Below, piece by piece: positions 37,302 through 46,467 of a stretch of 64,000 nucleotides of DNA; positions within the stretch are counted from its first letter, which is position 1, and each line of letters begins with the position of its first letter. Both the position numbers and the translations under genes were made by a program. The notes beneath the pieces were generated by a model. That model searched no databases, was not told the DNA's origin, and was given only the letters and a program-made list of their open reading frames with translations. Source of the stretch: Vulcanimicrobiales bacterium (GTDB lineage Bacteria > Vulcanimicrobiota > Vulcanimicrobiia > Vulcanimicrobiales > Vulcanimicrobiaceae); contig JBBRLI010000005.1 in the NCBI GenBank assembly GCA_038231455.1, forward strand, positions 96,001 through 160,000. Direction: 5' to 3'.

Positions 37302-37946
37302 ATGAGCGACATCTCGGACATCCGCCTTAGTTACGAACGCGCAGCCCTCGATGAGAGCGATGTCGCCCGCGATCCCTTCATTCAGTTCGGAACGTGGCTC
37401 GATGAAGCACTCGCCGCCGAACTCGTCGAACCCAACGCCATGACGGTCGCGACCGTTGGCATCGACGGTCAACCCTCTGCGCGCATCGTGCTCTTACGCG
37501 GTTACGACGAGCGCGGCATGGTGTTCTTCACCAATTACGAGAGCCAAAAAGGCCACGAGATCGCGACGACCCCGCGCGCGGCGCTCCTCTTTTTCTGGGG
37601 ACCGCTCGAACGCCAAATTCGCGTCGAAGGGCCCGTCGAGCGCCTCTCGGCCGCCGACTCAGATGCCTATTTCGAAAAACGTCCACGCGGGCACCGTCTT
37701 TCCGCTTGGGCATCGCCGCAGTCGAGCAAGGTCAAGAGTCGTGCCGAGCTCGACGAGCGCATGACGAAATTCGACCAGCAGTTCGCCGATGTCGATGTGC
37801 CGCGGCCCGAGCACTGGGGTGGATTCCGCGTCAAACCGCTGCGTTTCGAATACTGGCAGGGGCGACGCAACCGCGTGCACGATCGCATCGTCTACCGGCG
37901 CATCGCAATCGGTACGCCGTGGGTGATCGAGCGACTCGCCCCATAA
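37302..37946 (+). CDS. pdxH: pyridoxamine 5'-phosphate oxidase
   Basis: EPNAMTVAT, PSARIVLL, FTNYES.K, RQIRVEG, SAWASPQS, EYWQGRRNRVHDR. Confidence 0.95.
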   Translation: MSDISDIRLSYERAALDESDVARDPFIQFGTWLDEALAAELVEPNAMTVATVGIDGQPSARIVLLRGYDERGMVFFTNYESQKGHEIATTPRAALLFFWGPLERQIRVEGPVERLSAADSDAYFEKRPRGHRLSAWASPQSSKVKSRAELDERMTKFDQQFADVDVPRPEHWGGFRVKPLRFEYWQGRRNRVHDRIVYRRIAIGTPWVIERLAP

Positions 37947-38115
37947 CATTGATGCTCGCTTCAACGGAGCGGTAGCGTACAGACAACGTCTTCCATTTGT
38001 CGGCATACTGTGGTGATGCGGATTCGCACCGCATCTCATCGCCAGCATTTGCAAGGAATCGTAAAAAGCTGTTGCTGTATCGTGCGCTCAATCCGACCCT
38101 AGTCCGTTCCCGCGC

Positions 38116-38898
38116 GTGTCGGCGGTGATTGCGCCGGGAAAAACCGGAAACCGGGTTCTCGACGTCCTACCCCTTTTGGACCGCGAGGCGCTTGACCAAG
38201 AGCTCACGCCGATGGCAATGGCCGTGCGCGATTTCTCGCACACGGTCGGGAAGCCGCTCGCGTTCGTCTATTTCCCGATCGACGCGGTGCTCTCGGTCGT
38301 CACGACGTTGATCGACGGCGATAACGTCGAATGCGGGACCGTTGGAAATGAAAGCTTTGTGACCTTCGATGCGGTGCTCGGTTCACGAATCGCAACGCGC
38401 TCCGTGTTCTGCCAAGTGCGCGGTGAGGTCTTACGGCTGCCGTTTATTACGTTTAAAGCGCGCATGGAAACAAGCGAGCCTTTCTCACGGCTCATGCGAC
38501 ACAATGCGCTTGCCGGATTTTACACGACGCAGCAGTTCGTCGCGTGCAACATCAAGCATTCGCTGGTAAAACGCTGTGCGCGGTGGCTCGCGATGACCGC
38601 CGATCGTGTCGGAAGGTCCGAATTCCACCTCACACACGAGTTCCTCGCGATCATGCTTGGCGTGCGGCGCGCGGGCGTGTCCGAGGCGGCGAACGCCCTT
38701 CAGAAAATGGGCGCGATCAGCTATCGGCGCGACGTGCTCTCGATTCTCGACGCGAAGCTTCTCGAGGACTCGGCCTGCGAATGCTACGAGGTCGCGAAGG
38801 TGGCGTTTGCGAGTGCGTTGACCCTCGACGAGGAGAAATTTTTAGTGGCGGTGCCGCACCACGAATACACCACGTCGAGTGAATTCGAAACGAGTTAA
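38116..38898 (+). CDS. Crp/Fnr family transcriptional regulator
   Basis: FVYFPIDAVLS, ACNIKH...RCARWL, LTHEFLAIMLGVRRAGVS, ACECY. Confidence 0.88.
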   Translation: MSAVIAPGKTGNRVLDVLPLLDREALDQELTPMAMAVRDFSHTVGKPLAFVYFPIDAVLSVVTTLIDGDNVECGTVGNESFVTFDAVLGSRIATRSVFCQVRGEVLRLPFITFKARMETSEPFSRLMRHNALAGFYTTQQFVACNIKHSLVKRCARWLAMTADRVGRSEFHLTHEFLAIMLGVRRAGVSEAANALQKMGAISYRRDVLSILDAKLLEDSACECYEVAKVAFASALTLDEEKFLVAVPHHEYTTSSEFETS

Positions 38899-38925
38899 TC
38901 CGCGTTCCCAAGCTGGATACGTTCG

Positions 38926-39495
38926 CTAATGCAAGAGTGCGCCATACAGCGAGATGACGATGCCCAGCCCGAAAGCGCCGGCTGCGATCACGGTTAGGAG
39001 ACGCGTCGTAGCAAGGGCCGAGATCGAGACCAGCACGATCGCGATTTCGAGAAACGTAATGCCGATTTCCATCGTCTCGTAGCTATGCAGCTCGTGTGCA
39101 CTCGTCTCGTTCGAGCGCACGGCGTCACGCTCGTAGGCCCGCGCCTTCGAGAGAATCGGTGCTTTCTCCGAGCGTTCGCGAACCACGATTGCTTGGAGAG
39201 GCGCGACGCGACGCACGTTGCCCGAGGCGATCTGCGCCTCGTAGATATGCTGTTTGATACTGCGCGATTCATACTCGTTATACGAATCGCTCGCCAGCGT
39301 CGTTAGCCGGAGCGCCTCGTTCTTCGCGACGAGCGCATACGTCGAACGCTGTGATGCGACGAGGTTGGCAAAGGCGGCAATGACCGCGATAATTGCCGCC
39401 GCGATCGGTACCCATTTTGCCCCGTGGCGTTCGGAGCGGTGTTCGCTTCGTTCGTGCGCATCTTCGAAGGCTTTGGCGGGCTTGAAATCGCTCAT
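38926..39495 (-). CDS. DUF4337 family membrane protein
   Basis: His/Glu-rich N-terminus, TM helix, [29 protein letters not shown]; start ATG 39495. Confidence 0.75.
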   Translation of the reverse strand: MSDFKPAKAFEDAHERSEHRSERHGAKWVPIAAAIIAVIAAFANLVASQRSTYALVAKNEALRLTTLASDSYNEYESRSIKQHIYEAQIASGNVRRVAPLQAIVVRERSEKAPILSKARAYERDAVRSNETSAHELHSYETMEIGITFLEIAIVLVSISALATTRLLTVIAAGAFGLGIVISLYGALLH

Positions 39496-39600
39496 CGCGC
39501 CACCCGTTCGACCGTCGGCAGCACTCCACTCCCAAGAGAGGTGTCCTTTTTTTGGCCGATCCGAGGACTCCCGATGCGGTCGGACAATCTTTCGCGGGAT

Positions 39601-42600
39601 ATGTCCCGTCGTAGCGTACTCGTCATCGGCAGTGGTCCGATCATCATCGGACAGGCGGCCGAATTCGATTACGCCGGCGTACAAGCGTGTCGCGCGCTGC
39701 GCGAGGAAGGCCTGCGGGTCATCCTCGTCAATTCGAATCCCGCGACCATCATGACGGATCCCGAGATCGCGGATGCCGTGTATCTTGAACCGCTCACGGT
39801 GCTCTCGCTCGAACGCATCATCGAACGCGAGCGGCCGGATGCCATGCTACCGACGCTTGGCGGTCAAACCGGATTGAATCTCGCGGTCGAACTCTCTGAG
39901 GCCGGCGTCCTTGAGAAGTACAACATCGAGTTGCTCGGCACGCCGATCGACACGATCAAACTTGCCGAAGATCGCGAGCGCTTCAAGAACAAAATGCTCG
40001 AGATCGGCGAACCCGTGCCGTCGTCGGCAATCGTGACCGACATCGAAGCGGGCATCGCGTTTGCGGCTGACCACGACTACCCGCTCATCGTGCGCCCCGC
40101 GTACACGCTCGGCGGCACCGGCGGCGGCCTCGTTTATAACGAAGAACAGCTGCGCGAAACGCTTGGAACCGGCCTTGCGGCCTCAATCATCCATCAGGCG
40201 CTCGTCGAAACCTCGCTGCTCGGCTGGAAAGAAGTCGAGTACGAAGTGCTGCGCGACAGTGCCAACAACTGCATCATCGTCTGCAACATGGAGAACATCG
40301 ACCCGGTCGGCGTACACACCGGCGATTCGATCGTCGTTGCGCCCTCGCAGACGCTCTCCGACAAAGACTATCAGATGTTGCGCACCTCGAGCATCAAGAT
40401 TATCCGCGCGCTCAACGTGCAGGGCGGCTGCAATATCCAGTTCGCGCTGCATCCCGAGCGCAGCGAATATCAGATCATCGAAGTCAACCCACGCGTTTCG
40501 CGCAGTTCGGCCCTGGCCTCAAAAGCGACCGGCTACCCCATCGCGAAAATTTCAACGAAGATCGCGCTCGGCCAAACGCTCGACGAAATCCCGAACCCCG
40601 TCACCGGCAAAACCAAAGCCGCCTACGAACCCACCCTCGACTACTGCATCGTCAAGTTCCCGCGCTGGCCGTTCGACAAATTCCCGCTCGCCGACACGCG
40701 ACTGGGCACGCAGATGAAATCGACGGGCGAAGCGATGGGGATCGGCCGCACGTTTGCCGCGGCGCTCATGAAAGCGGTCCGGGGTCTCGACCTCAAATTC
40801 GAAACGCTAACCGGCGGCATGTACGAGGGCTGGAGCGACGACGAACTCGAGCGAACGCTCGTCACGCCGACGCACGAACGCCTTTTCGCCGTCTGCGAAC
40901 TCTTGCGACGCGGCCGCTCCGTCGATGACCTGCACGAACTCTCAACGATCGACGAATTCTGGCTCGCCGAATTCGCCGCACTCGTCGCGCTCGAAGAACG
41001 CTTACGTGCCGGCACGGCAACACCGCAAGACTTCGAGCTCGCAACCGAATCCGGCTATTCCAGCCGCGGCATCAATTCACTCGACACAGAATCGGTCACG
41101 CCGTACATCGTCGGCGGCGCCGCATTCCGCATGGTCGACACGGCGGCAGCCGAATTCCCGGCACAATCGCCATACTACTATCTCTCGCGCGGCGAGACGG
41201 ACGAAATGCGCACACCCACGCACGAAGCGGTGATCGTCGTCGGCAGCGGACCCATACGTATCGGGCAAGGCATCGAATTCGACTACTCGTGCGTGCACGC
41301 CGCGTGGGCCCTACGCGAAGCGGGCATGTCCCCCGTCGTTATCAACAACAACCCCGAAACCGTCTCGACCGATTTCGACGTCTCCGACGTCCTCGTCTTC
41401 GAACCACCGGGCGCCGACGAAGTCCAAGCTACATACGAAGCAACCAAAGCGCGCGGCGTCATGCTCGCCTTCGGCGGTCAAACCGCGATCAATCTTGCGG
41501 ACGAATTGACGCGTCGCGGCGTGCGCATCGTCGGCAGCGACCAAAAATCGCTCGACATGGCCGAGGACCGCGAACAATTTGACGACGCTCTCACGCGCCT
41601 AGGGGTTGCACGCCCACAAGGCCGCGCCGCAAAATCATTCCGCGAAGCCCGCGCAATCGCACGCGAACTCGGTTTCCCGGTCCTCGTCCGCCCGAGTTTC
41701 GTGCTCGGAGGCCGCGGCATGGAAATCGTCTATAACGAAGGCCAACTCGCCTCATACGTTGAGTCGGCCCCACCGATCCAACCCAAAGCCCCGCTCTTAG
41801 TCGACAAGTACTTACGCGGTCTCGAAGTCGAAGTCGACGCCGTGTTTGATGGCGATGACATTCTGATTCCCGGCATCTTCGAACACGTCGAGCGCGCCGG
41901 CATCCACTCCGGCGATTCGATCAGCGTCTATCCGACACAAAACGTCGACGCCGACATGGAAATCCGAATCGTCGACGTCACAACGGCGATCGCCCGCGAA
42001 CTCGGCATTCGTGGCCTCATCAACATTCAATTCGTGATCCACGAAGGCCAACTCTACATCATCGAGGCAAACCCGCGCGCAAGCCGCACGGTCCCGATCA
42101 TCTCCAAAGCAACCGGCATTAACATCGTCGCGGCGGCAACGCGAATCGCCCTCGGCGAAAAACTTCGCGACATGGAATTCGGAACGGGCTTACGCCCCAA
42201 AGCCAGCTTCACGGTCGTAAAAGTTCCCGTGTTTTCGTTTGCGAAAATGCGCGGCGTCGAAACGATCCTAGGCCCGGAAATGAAGTCGACGGGCGAAGTT
42301 CTCGGCATCGACGACACGTATGCGGGAGCCTTGCGCAAAGGCTTTGTCGCGGCGGGCATTCGGATGCCGAAAACGGGCGGTCGTATCCTCGTCTCGATAT
42401 CGGATGAAGAGAAGAGTGAGTCCGTCGAGCTCATGCGCCGGTACGTCAAACTCGGCTTTGCGCTTATTGCGACTCCCGGCACGCATAAACTCCTCACGGA
42501 TGCGGGGCTCCCCGCCGAACGAACGAATAAAATCAGTGACGGTTCGCCGCATGTGCTCGACGTGATCACCTCACGTTCGGTCGACCTCGTCATCAACAAT

Positions 42601-42783
42601 GCGACCGGTGCGCGAGAACTCACCGACAATTATCGCATCCGTCGGTTCGCCGTCGAAGCCAGCATCGCGTGTCTCACCAGTCTCGACACGGCAGCGGCAT
42701 TGGCGAGCGCACTCGAGAACGTTGCCGGGCCGCCGCGCTCGCTGCAAGAATACCAAGCGACATTCACCGTCGGGACGCACTAG
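39601..42783 (+). CDS. carB: carbamoyl-phosphate synthase large subunit
   Basis: [38 protein letters not shown], second [16 protein letters not shown]-terminal MGS domain. Confidence 0.97.
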   Translation: MSRRSVLVIGSGPIIIGQAAEFDYAGVQACRALREEGLRVILVNSNPATIMTDPEIADAVYLEPLTVLSLERIIERERPDAMLPTLGGQTGLNLAVELSEAGVLEKYNIELLGTPIDTIKLAEDRERFKNKMLEIGEPVPSSAIVTDIEAGIAFAADHDYPLIVRPAYTLGGTGGGLVYNEEQLRETLGTGLAASIIHQALVETSLLGWKEVEYEVLRDSANNCIIVCNMENIDPVGVHTGDSIVVAPSQTLSDKDYQMLRTSSIKIIRALNVQGGCNIQFALHPERSEYQIIEVNPRVSRSSALASKATGYPIAKISTKIALGQTLDEIPNPVTGKTKAAYEPTLDYCIVKFPRWPFDKFPLADTRLGTQMKSTGEAMGIGRTFAAALMKAVRGLDLKFETLTGGMYEGWSDDELERTLVTPTHERLFAVCELLRRGRSVDDLHELSTIDEFWLAEFAALVALEERLRAGTATPQDFELATESGYSSRGINSLDTESVTPYIVGGAAFRMVDTAAAEFPAQSPYYYLSRGETDEMRTPTHEAVIVVGSGPIRIGQGIEFDYSCVHAAWALREAGMSPVVINNNPETVSTDFDVSDVLVFEPPGADEVQATYEATKARGVMLAFGGQTAINLADELTRRGVRIVGSDQKSLDMAEDREQFDDALTRLGVARPQGRAAKSFREARAIARELGFPVLVRPSFVLGGRGMEIVYNEGQLASYVESAPPIQPKAPLLVDKYLRGLEVEVDAVFDGDDILIPGIFEHVERAGIHSGDSISVYPTQNVDADMEIRIVDVTTAIARELGIRGLINIQFVIHEGQLYIIEANPRASRTVPIISKATGINIVAAATRIALGEKLRDMEFGTGLRPKASFTVVKVPVFSFAKMRGVETILGPEMKSTGEVLGIDDTYAGALRKGFVAAGIRMPKTGGRILVSISDEEKSESVELMRRYVKLGFALIATPGTHKLLTDAGLPAERTNKISDGSPHVLDVITSRSVDLVINNATGARELTDNYRIRRFAVEASIACLTSLDTAAALASALENVAGPPRSLQEYQATFTVGTH

Positions 42784-42785
42784 CG

Positions 42786-43139
42786 ATGAACGGTTCGCTC
42801 GATGCAAAGAAGCGAACCCGGGCGACGATGATCGCCGTTATCGTCGGGCTCACGCTCTTTGTGATCGACGTGTTCGCATTCAACGGGGACGATTTTACCT
42901 ACGTGATCGCCGGCGTCATCACCGCGATGATGGCCGCAAAGTGGCTCCTTGCGTGGACGCCGCTCCGCGCGAGCGAACGACTCCGCTTGGTGGTCCTCGC
43001 ATTTGTTCCGTGGATCATCGCCTACGCGGACCCTTATCCGTCCCTTCGAGGCGCCGCCGTCGCTAATATCGTTTGTTTGGCCTGGCGATTCTGGTCCAGC
43101 GGTCGATCAGCGGCCGCGTTTAGTAGGCCGCGTTTGTGA
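42786..43139 (+). CDS. hypothetical membrane protein (117 aa)
   Basis: ATG 2 nt after the carB stop; three to four hydrophobic segments. Confidence 0.55.
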   Translation: MNGSLDAKKRTRATMIAVIVGLTLFVIDVFAFNGDDFTYVIAGVITAMMAAKWLLAWTPLRASERLRLVVLAFVPWIIAYADPYPSLRGAAVANIVCLAWRFWSSGRSAAAFSRPRL

Positions 43140-44220
43140 GGCGGGCGGTCGAAGCGCCCGCGCCGAGTACGATGTGAAGCACGTGATGCAGCGGGGATGG
43201 CGCGAGCGCATCTTCGATGGTGAGTCGGAATGACGAGCCAAGTCGGATGCCGCCGCCGAGGACGGTTTGGCGTGCAAACGAACCAATGGAATCGCTCGTC
43301 CCTTCGTAGCGCATTTCAAGATAGGTCCTCGGCCGCACATCGTAGCGAAGTTGCGCGATTCCGCCCGACCCAGTGGCATGCGTACCGTCGCCGACATCGC
43401 CGTCGCGAGCGATGCCGAGTTGGGTTTCAAATGTCCATGGACCACGAAACGCGGTCACCGAAGCGATCGCGCGAACGAACCGGTCCGTCCCCCCGTTTCT
43501 ACCCGTTGGGCGGCCGCCAGCGTAGGTGAGGAGCGCAACAGTAAGTTGCGGGCGCCGCAATTTCAGCGAGAACGCGGTATCGAACGAACGTTGCGGAACG
43601 CCAGAATTCGCTTCATGGCCTGCGAGGACGAGCGCACCCACTTCGACTCCGAGAAACGGGTCGCCAAGATAGACGGCGATTTGTGGATGGGTGGCGCCGA
43701 GAACAAACGGATTGGCGCCGATCGATTGATCGTCAAGAAGATAATTTGTGTGAAGATCGCGGTATCGATCGGGACTGATCTGCAGGGGTAAGCTATCGGC
43801 GCCCACGAGCGCGCGAAAACGGGTTTGGTGGTAGTCGAGATAGGCTTCGCGGGTGCCGGCGATTCGGCCGCCGTCGACGATTCGTTGCTCTGCTGCAACT
43901 GAAACGGTCCGCGAGATGGCATCGGCAAACGTCAGCGTCAGATAGTCGTTGATCGTCTTTGGCAAGCCCGACTGATTGCCGTCGCTCACGTAGGCTCCGG
44001 TTACCTTCAAAGCAACGATGGGCCGCTGACCGATCGGCGCGAGCCGATTGCTCCGCGCTCGATACGCGTTGCCGATGCCGGTCAACTCCGCTGTGGACGC
44101 ATGGCAGGCGGTACAGGCAAGTCCGGTGAGCGCGGAGTCGCGCACCGATGCACGTGCGGCTGACGGGAGAATCGCGCAAGTAACGGCGAGCAAGACGACC
44201 CACGATTCAAACCGGCGCAC
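43120..44220 (-). CDS. Cyc2-like cytochrome c / beta-barrel fusion protein
   Basis: GTG 44220 gives a signal peptide (MRRFESWVVLLAVTCAILPSAARA), then TGLACTACH...ELTGIGNAY and amphipathic beta-strand-like segments; ends in Tyr. Confidence 0.65.
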   Translation of the reverse strand: MRRFESWVVLLAVTCAILPSAARASVRDSALTGLACTACHASTAELTGIGNAYRARSNRLAPIGQRPIVALKVTGAYVSDGNQSGLPKTINDYLTLTFADAISRTVSVAAEQRIVDGGRIAGTREAYLDYHQTRFRALVGADSLPLQISPDRYRDLHTNYLLDDQSIGANPFVLGATHPQIAVYLGDPFLGVEVGALVLAGHEANSGVPQRSFDTAFSLKLRRPQLTVALLTYAGGRPTGRNGGTDRFVRAIASVTAFRGPWTFETQLGIARDGDVGDGTHATGSGGIAQLRYDVRPRTYLEMRYEGTSDSIGSFARQTVLGGGIRLGSSFRLTIEDALAPSPLHHVLHIVLGAGASTARLTNAAY

Positions 44221-44311
44221 AGAGCGCGTCGTTCCCTCGACGAGGCGACGTGCCTTCCAGGTCGGCGAGCGAAAGGCCCGGCCGGGCGTTCGTCCGTACT
44301 CAAAGAGCGCG

Positions 44312-45055
44312 ATGAATGAACGACCGGCAAGCGATGCGCGCATCTATATCTTAGGCGGCAACGCGAGCACGCTCGCCTTCGTCTCGAGTCTGCGTCCCGA
44401 TAATCGCCAGATCACGGCCTGGCTTGCGCCGCTTGCATGGACCCCTGTGGGGGTCGTGGTTGGCGAAGGGTGGCAGCGCGTTAATATCGCCGCGGACAAC
44501 GTGCCTGGTTGGGTCGATCAAACGTTCTCGCCGGAGGACGACCGCGCATTCGTCTCGTCCTTACGCGATTTAGAGATGCTGATCCGCATCGGCTGGCATT
44601 CGGAGGCGCCGATCGCCCTCACCGAAGAGTTGGTCCTCAATCCCGAAGATCTCCCTGAAGACGTCCTCGATGCTCTAGCACATCCCGAAGAGCAGTTGAC
44701 GCAGTGCGCGGTTTGCCGGCGCACGTGTGTACGCGACCATTTTGTGTGGAATGAACGCCGCTTGTGCGCGTGGGACTACCATGCAACGGTCTTTGGAAAG
44801 CGCGGCCCGTGGCAAGCAAAACCGTACGAAGAGCGATACTTCGAAACGCTTCCAGCGGCAAAATACGTCGCTCAAGGATTACTTGAAGATGTCGGCGTCG
44901 ATGCGATCCTCGCACTCGATGACATCGAGGAACAGCTCGTTCGGAAGATCGTGAACGAAGTGATGGAGGCCGAGCCTGACAGCGCACACTTAGCGGTGCG
45001 GACGGAACGTGGCATGACGCTCTTGCGCGAACGTCCGCCGGAGCCGCGGCCCTGA
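44312..45055 (+). CDS. hypothetical protein with putative Zn-binding motif
   Basis: ATG 44312; CAVCRRTC...LCAWDYH; stop overlaps the proposed pbpA start. Confidence 0.7.
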   Translation: MNERPASDARIYILGGNASTLAFVSSLRPDNRQITAWLAPLAWTPVGVVVGEGWQRVNIAADNVPGWVDQTFSPEDDRAFVSSLRDLEMLIRIGWHSEAPIALTEELVLNPEDLPEDVLDALAHPEEQLTQCAVCRRTCVRDHFVWNERRLCAWDYHATVFGKRGPWQAKPYEERYFETLPAAKYVAQGLLEDVGVDAILALDDIEEQLVRKIVNEVMEAEPDSAHLAVRTERGMTLLRERPPEPRP

Positions 45056-46467
45056 CCGATCGCGCGATCGCACGGCTGGGACAACTCTTCGTCGTCCTCT
45101 TTGCGATCATCGCGCTGCGCCAACTGTGGGTGCAGGTGATCGATGGTCCGCGGCTGGCCGATGATGCGCACAATCCGCGGCATGCGATGCTCGCAACGGG
45201 CCGCGGTTCGATCGTGGCAAGCGATGGAACGCCGCTTGCGATCACGCGTGGCGAGAAGCGGGTGTACCCGCAGAGTGACATCATCGTACACGCCGTTGGA
45301 TACGCATCCGCGCAATACGGTACATTTGGTTTGGAGGACGCATTCAATTCGGTTCTCGCTGCGCGTCCGATTGCCAACGACCCGATCGCGCAAGCCCGCG
45401 CCGTATTCGGGTCAAAACATGCCGAGCCGCGCGGCGCCGACGTTGTCACGACGATCGACATCCCGATCCAGCGCGCGCTTATGGCGGGGCTCTCGCAACA
45501 TGCGCGCGCCGCTGGCGTGGTACTCGACCCGCGCACGGGTGCCGTACTCGCGCTCGGATCGGTTCCGGTATTCGATCCGAACAAGCTGAGCGCGCAATTT
45601 CCCAAGCTGTTGGTCGATCCGGCAAAGCCCCTCATCGACCGCAGTATCGACGGTCTCTATCCGCCGGGCTCGACGTTCAAGATCGTTACCGCCGCCGATG
45701 CGCTCGATGCGGGCGTCGTCACGATGGAATCGAAATTCAACGATCCGGGCGGCTATACGATTGGCAATTTCACGGTGAAGAACGATGAAGAAGAACGCAC
45801 CGGAACGCAAGATCTCACCGGCGCCTTTGCGCTCTCGAGCAACGTGGACTTTGCGATGATCGGCGTTCAGCTCGGCGTCGATCGATGGGTCGAGTATGCA
45901 CACCGCTGGGGGCTGGGCGATTCGCTCTCGTTCGATCTGCCCGCAACGCGAGACCACATCCCGAAAAAAGAGACGATCTCGCCCTCGATCCTCGCGCAGC
46001 TCGCATTCGGTCAGGCTGACTTGCTGGTCACCCCGATGCGTATGGCCGTTATCGGGGCGGCAATTGCGAACGGCGGGACGGTCCCCCGGCCCTATCTCGT
46101 GCGTCGGATCGCCGGCGAAAAGACGGGGCTTGCCGTGAAGGCCGAACAGCTCGCGCAGCCGATCTCCGCCGAGACCGCAGCGCACGTGCGCGATATGATG
46201 ATCCAGGTCGTCAAGCGCGGGACCGGGACGGCTGCGGCACTCCCAAACGTCACCGTCGCCGGAAAGACCGGGACGGCCACCAATCCCGCTGGCCGCTCTC
46301 ACGCCTGGTTCGTCGCCTTCGCTCCGGCTGAGGCGCCGGTGGTCGCCGTTGCCATCGTCGTTGAAAATGTTGGGTATGGCGGCACGTATGCCGCACCCAT
46401 CGCACGAAACGTTTTGCGGGTCGCCCTGGCCCGGCAGCGAACCTCCGCAGTAGGCAATGTACCGTGA
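45052..46467 (+). CDS. pbpA: class B penicillin-binding protein (PbpA-like)
   Basis: PGSTFK (SxxK), SSN (SxN), GKTGTA (KTG); the N-terminal TM anchor needs a start at CTG 45052. Confidence 0.9.
   Translation: MTDRAIARLGQLFVVLFAIIALRQLWVQVIDGPRLADDAHNPRHAMLATGRGSIVASDGTPLAITRGEKRVYPQSDIIVHAVGYASAQYGTFGLEDAFNSVLAARPIANDPIAQARAVFGSKHAEPRGADVVTTIDIPIQRALMAGLSQHARAAGVVLDPRTGAVLALGSVPVFDPNKLSAQFPKLLVDPAKPLIDRSIDGLYPPGSTFKIVTAADALDAGVVTMESKFNDPGGYTIGNFTVKNDEEERTGTQDLTGAFALSSNVDFAMIGVQLGVDRWVEYAHRWGLGDSLSFDLPATRDHIPKKETISPSILAQLAFGQADLLVTPMRMAVIGAAIANGGTVPRPYLVRRIAGEKTGLAVKAEQLAQPISAETAAHVRDMMIQVVKRGTGTAAALPNVTVAGKTGTATNPAGRSHAWFVAFAPAEAPVVAVAIVVENVGYGGTYAAPIARNVLRVALARQRTSAVGNVP

Noticed and set aside
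37947-38115. Hairpins after pdxH (GATGCGG/CCGCATC at 38015-38035) as an sRNA or riboswitch
   Set aside because: Short GC stems are expected at this composition; no family motif or U-tract.
39520-39556. PyrR-binding loop plus U-tract before carB (TCCCAAGAGAGG...TTTTTTT)
   Set aside because: Only loosely like ARUCCNGNGAGGYU, and no convincing terminator stem precedes the T run.
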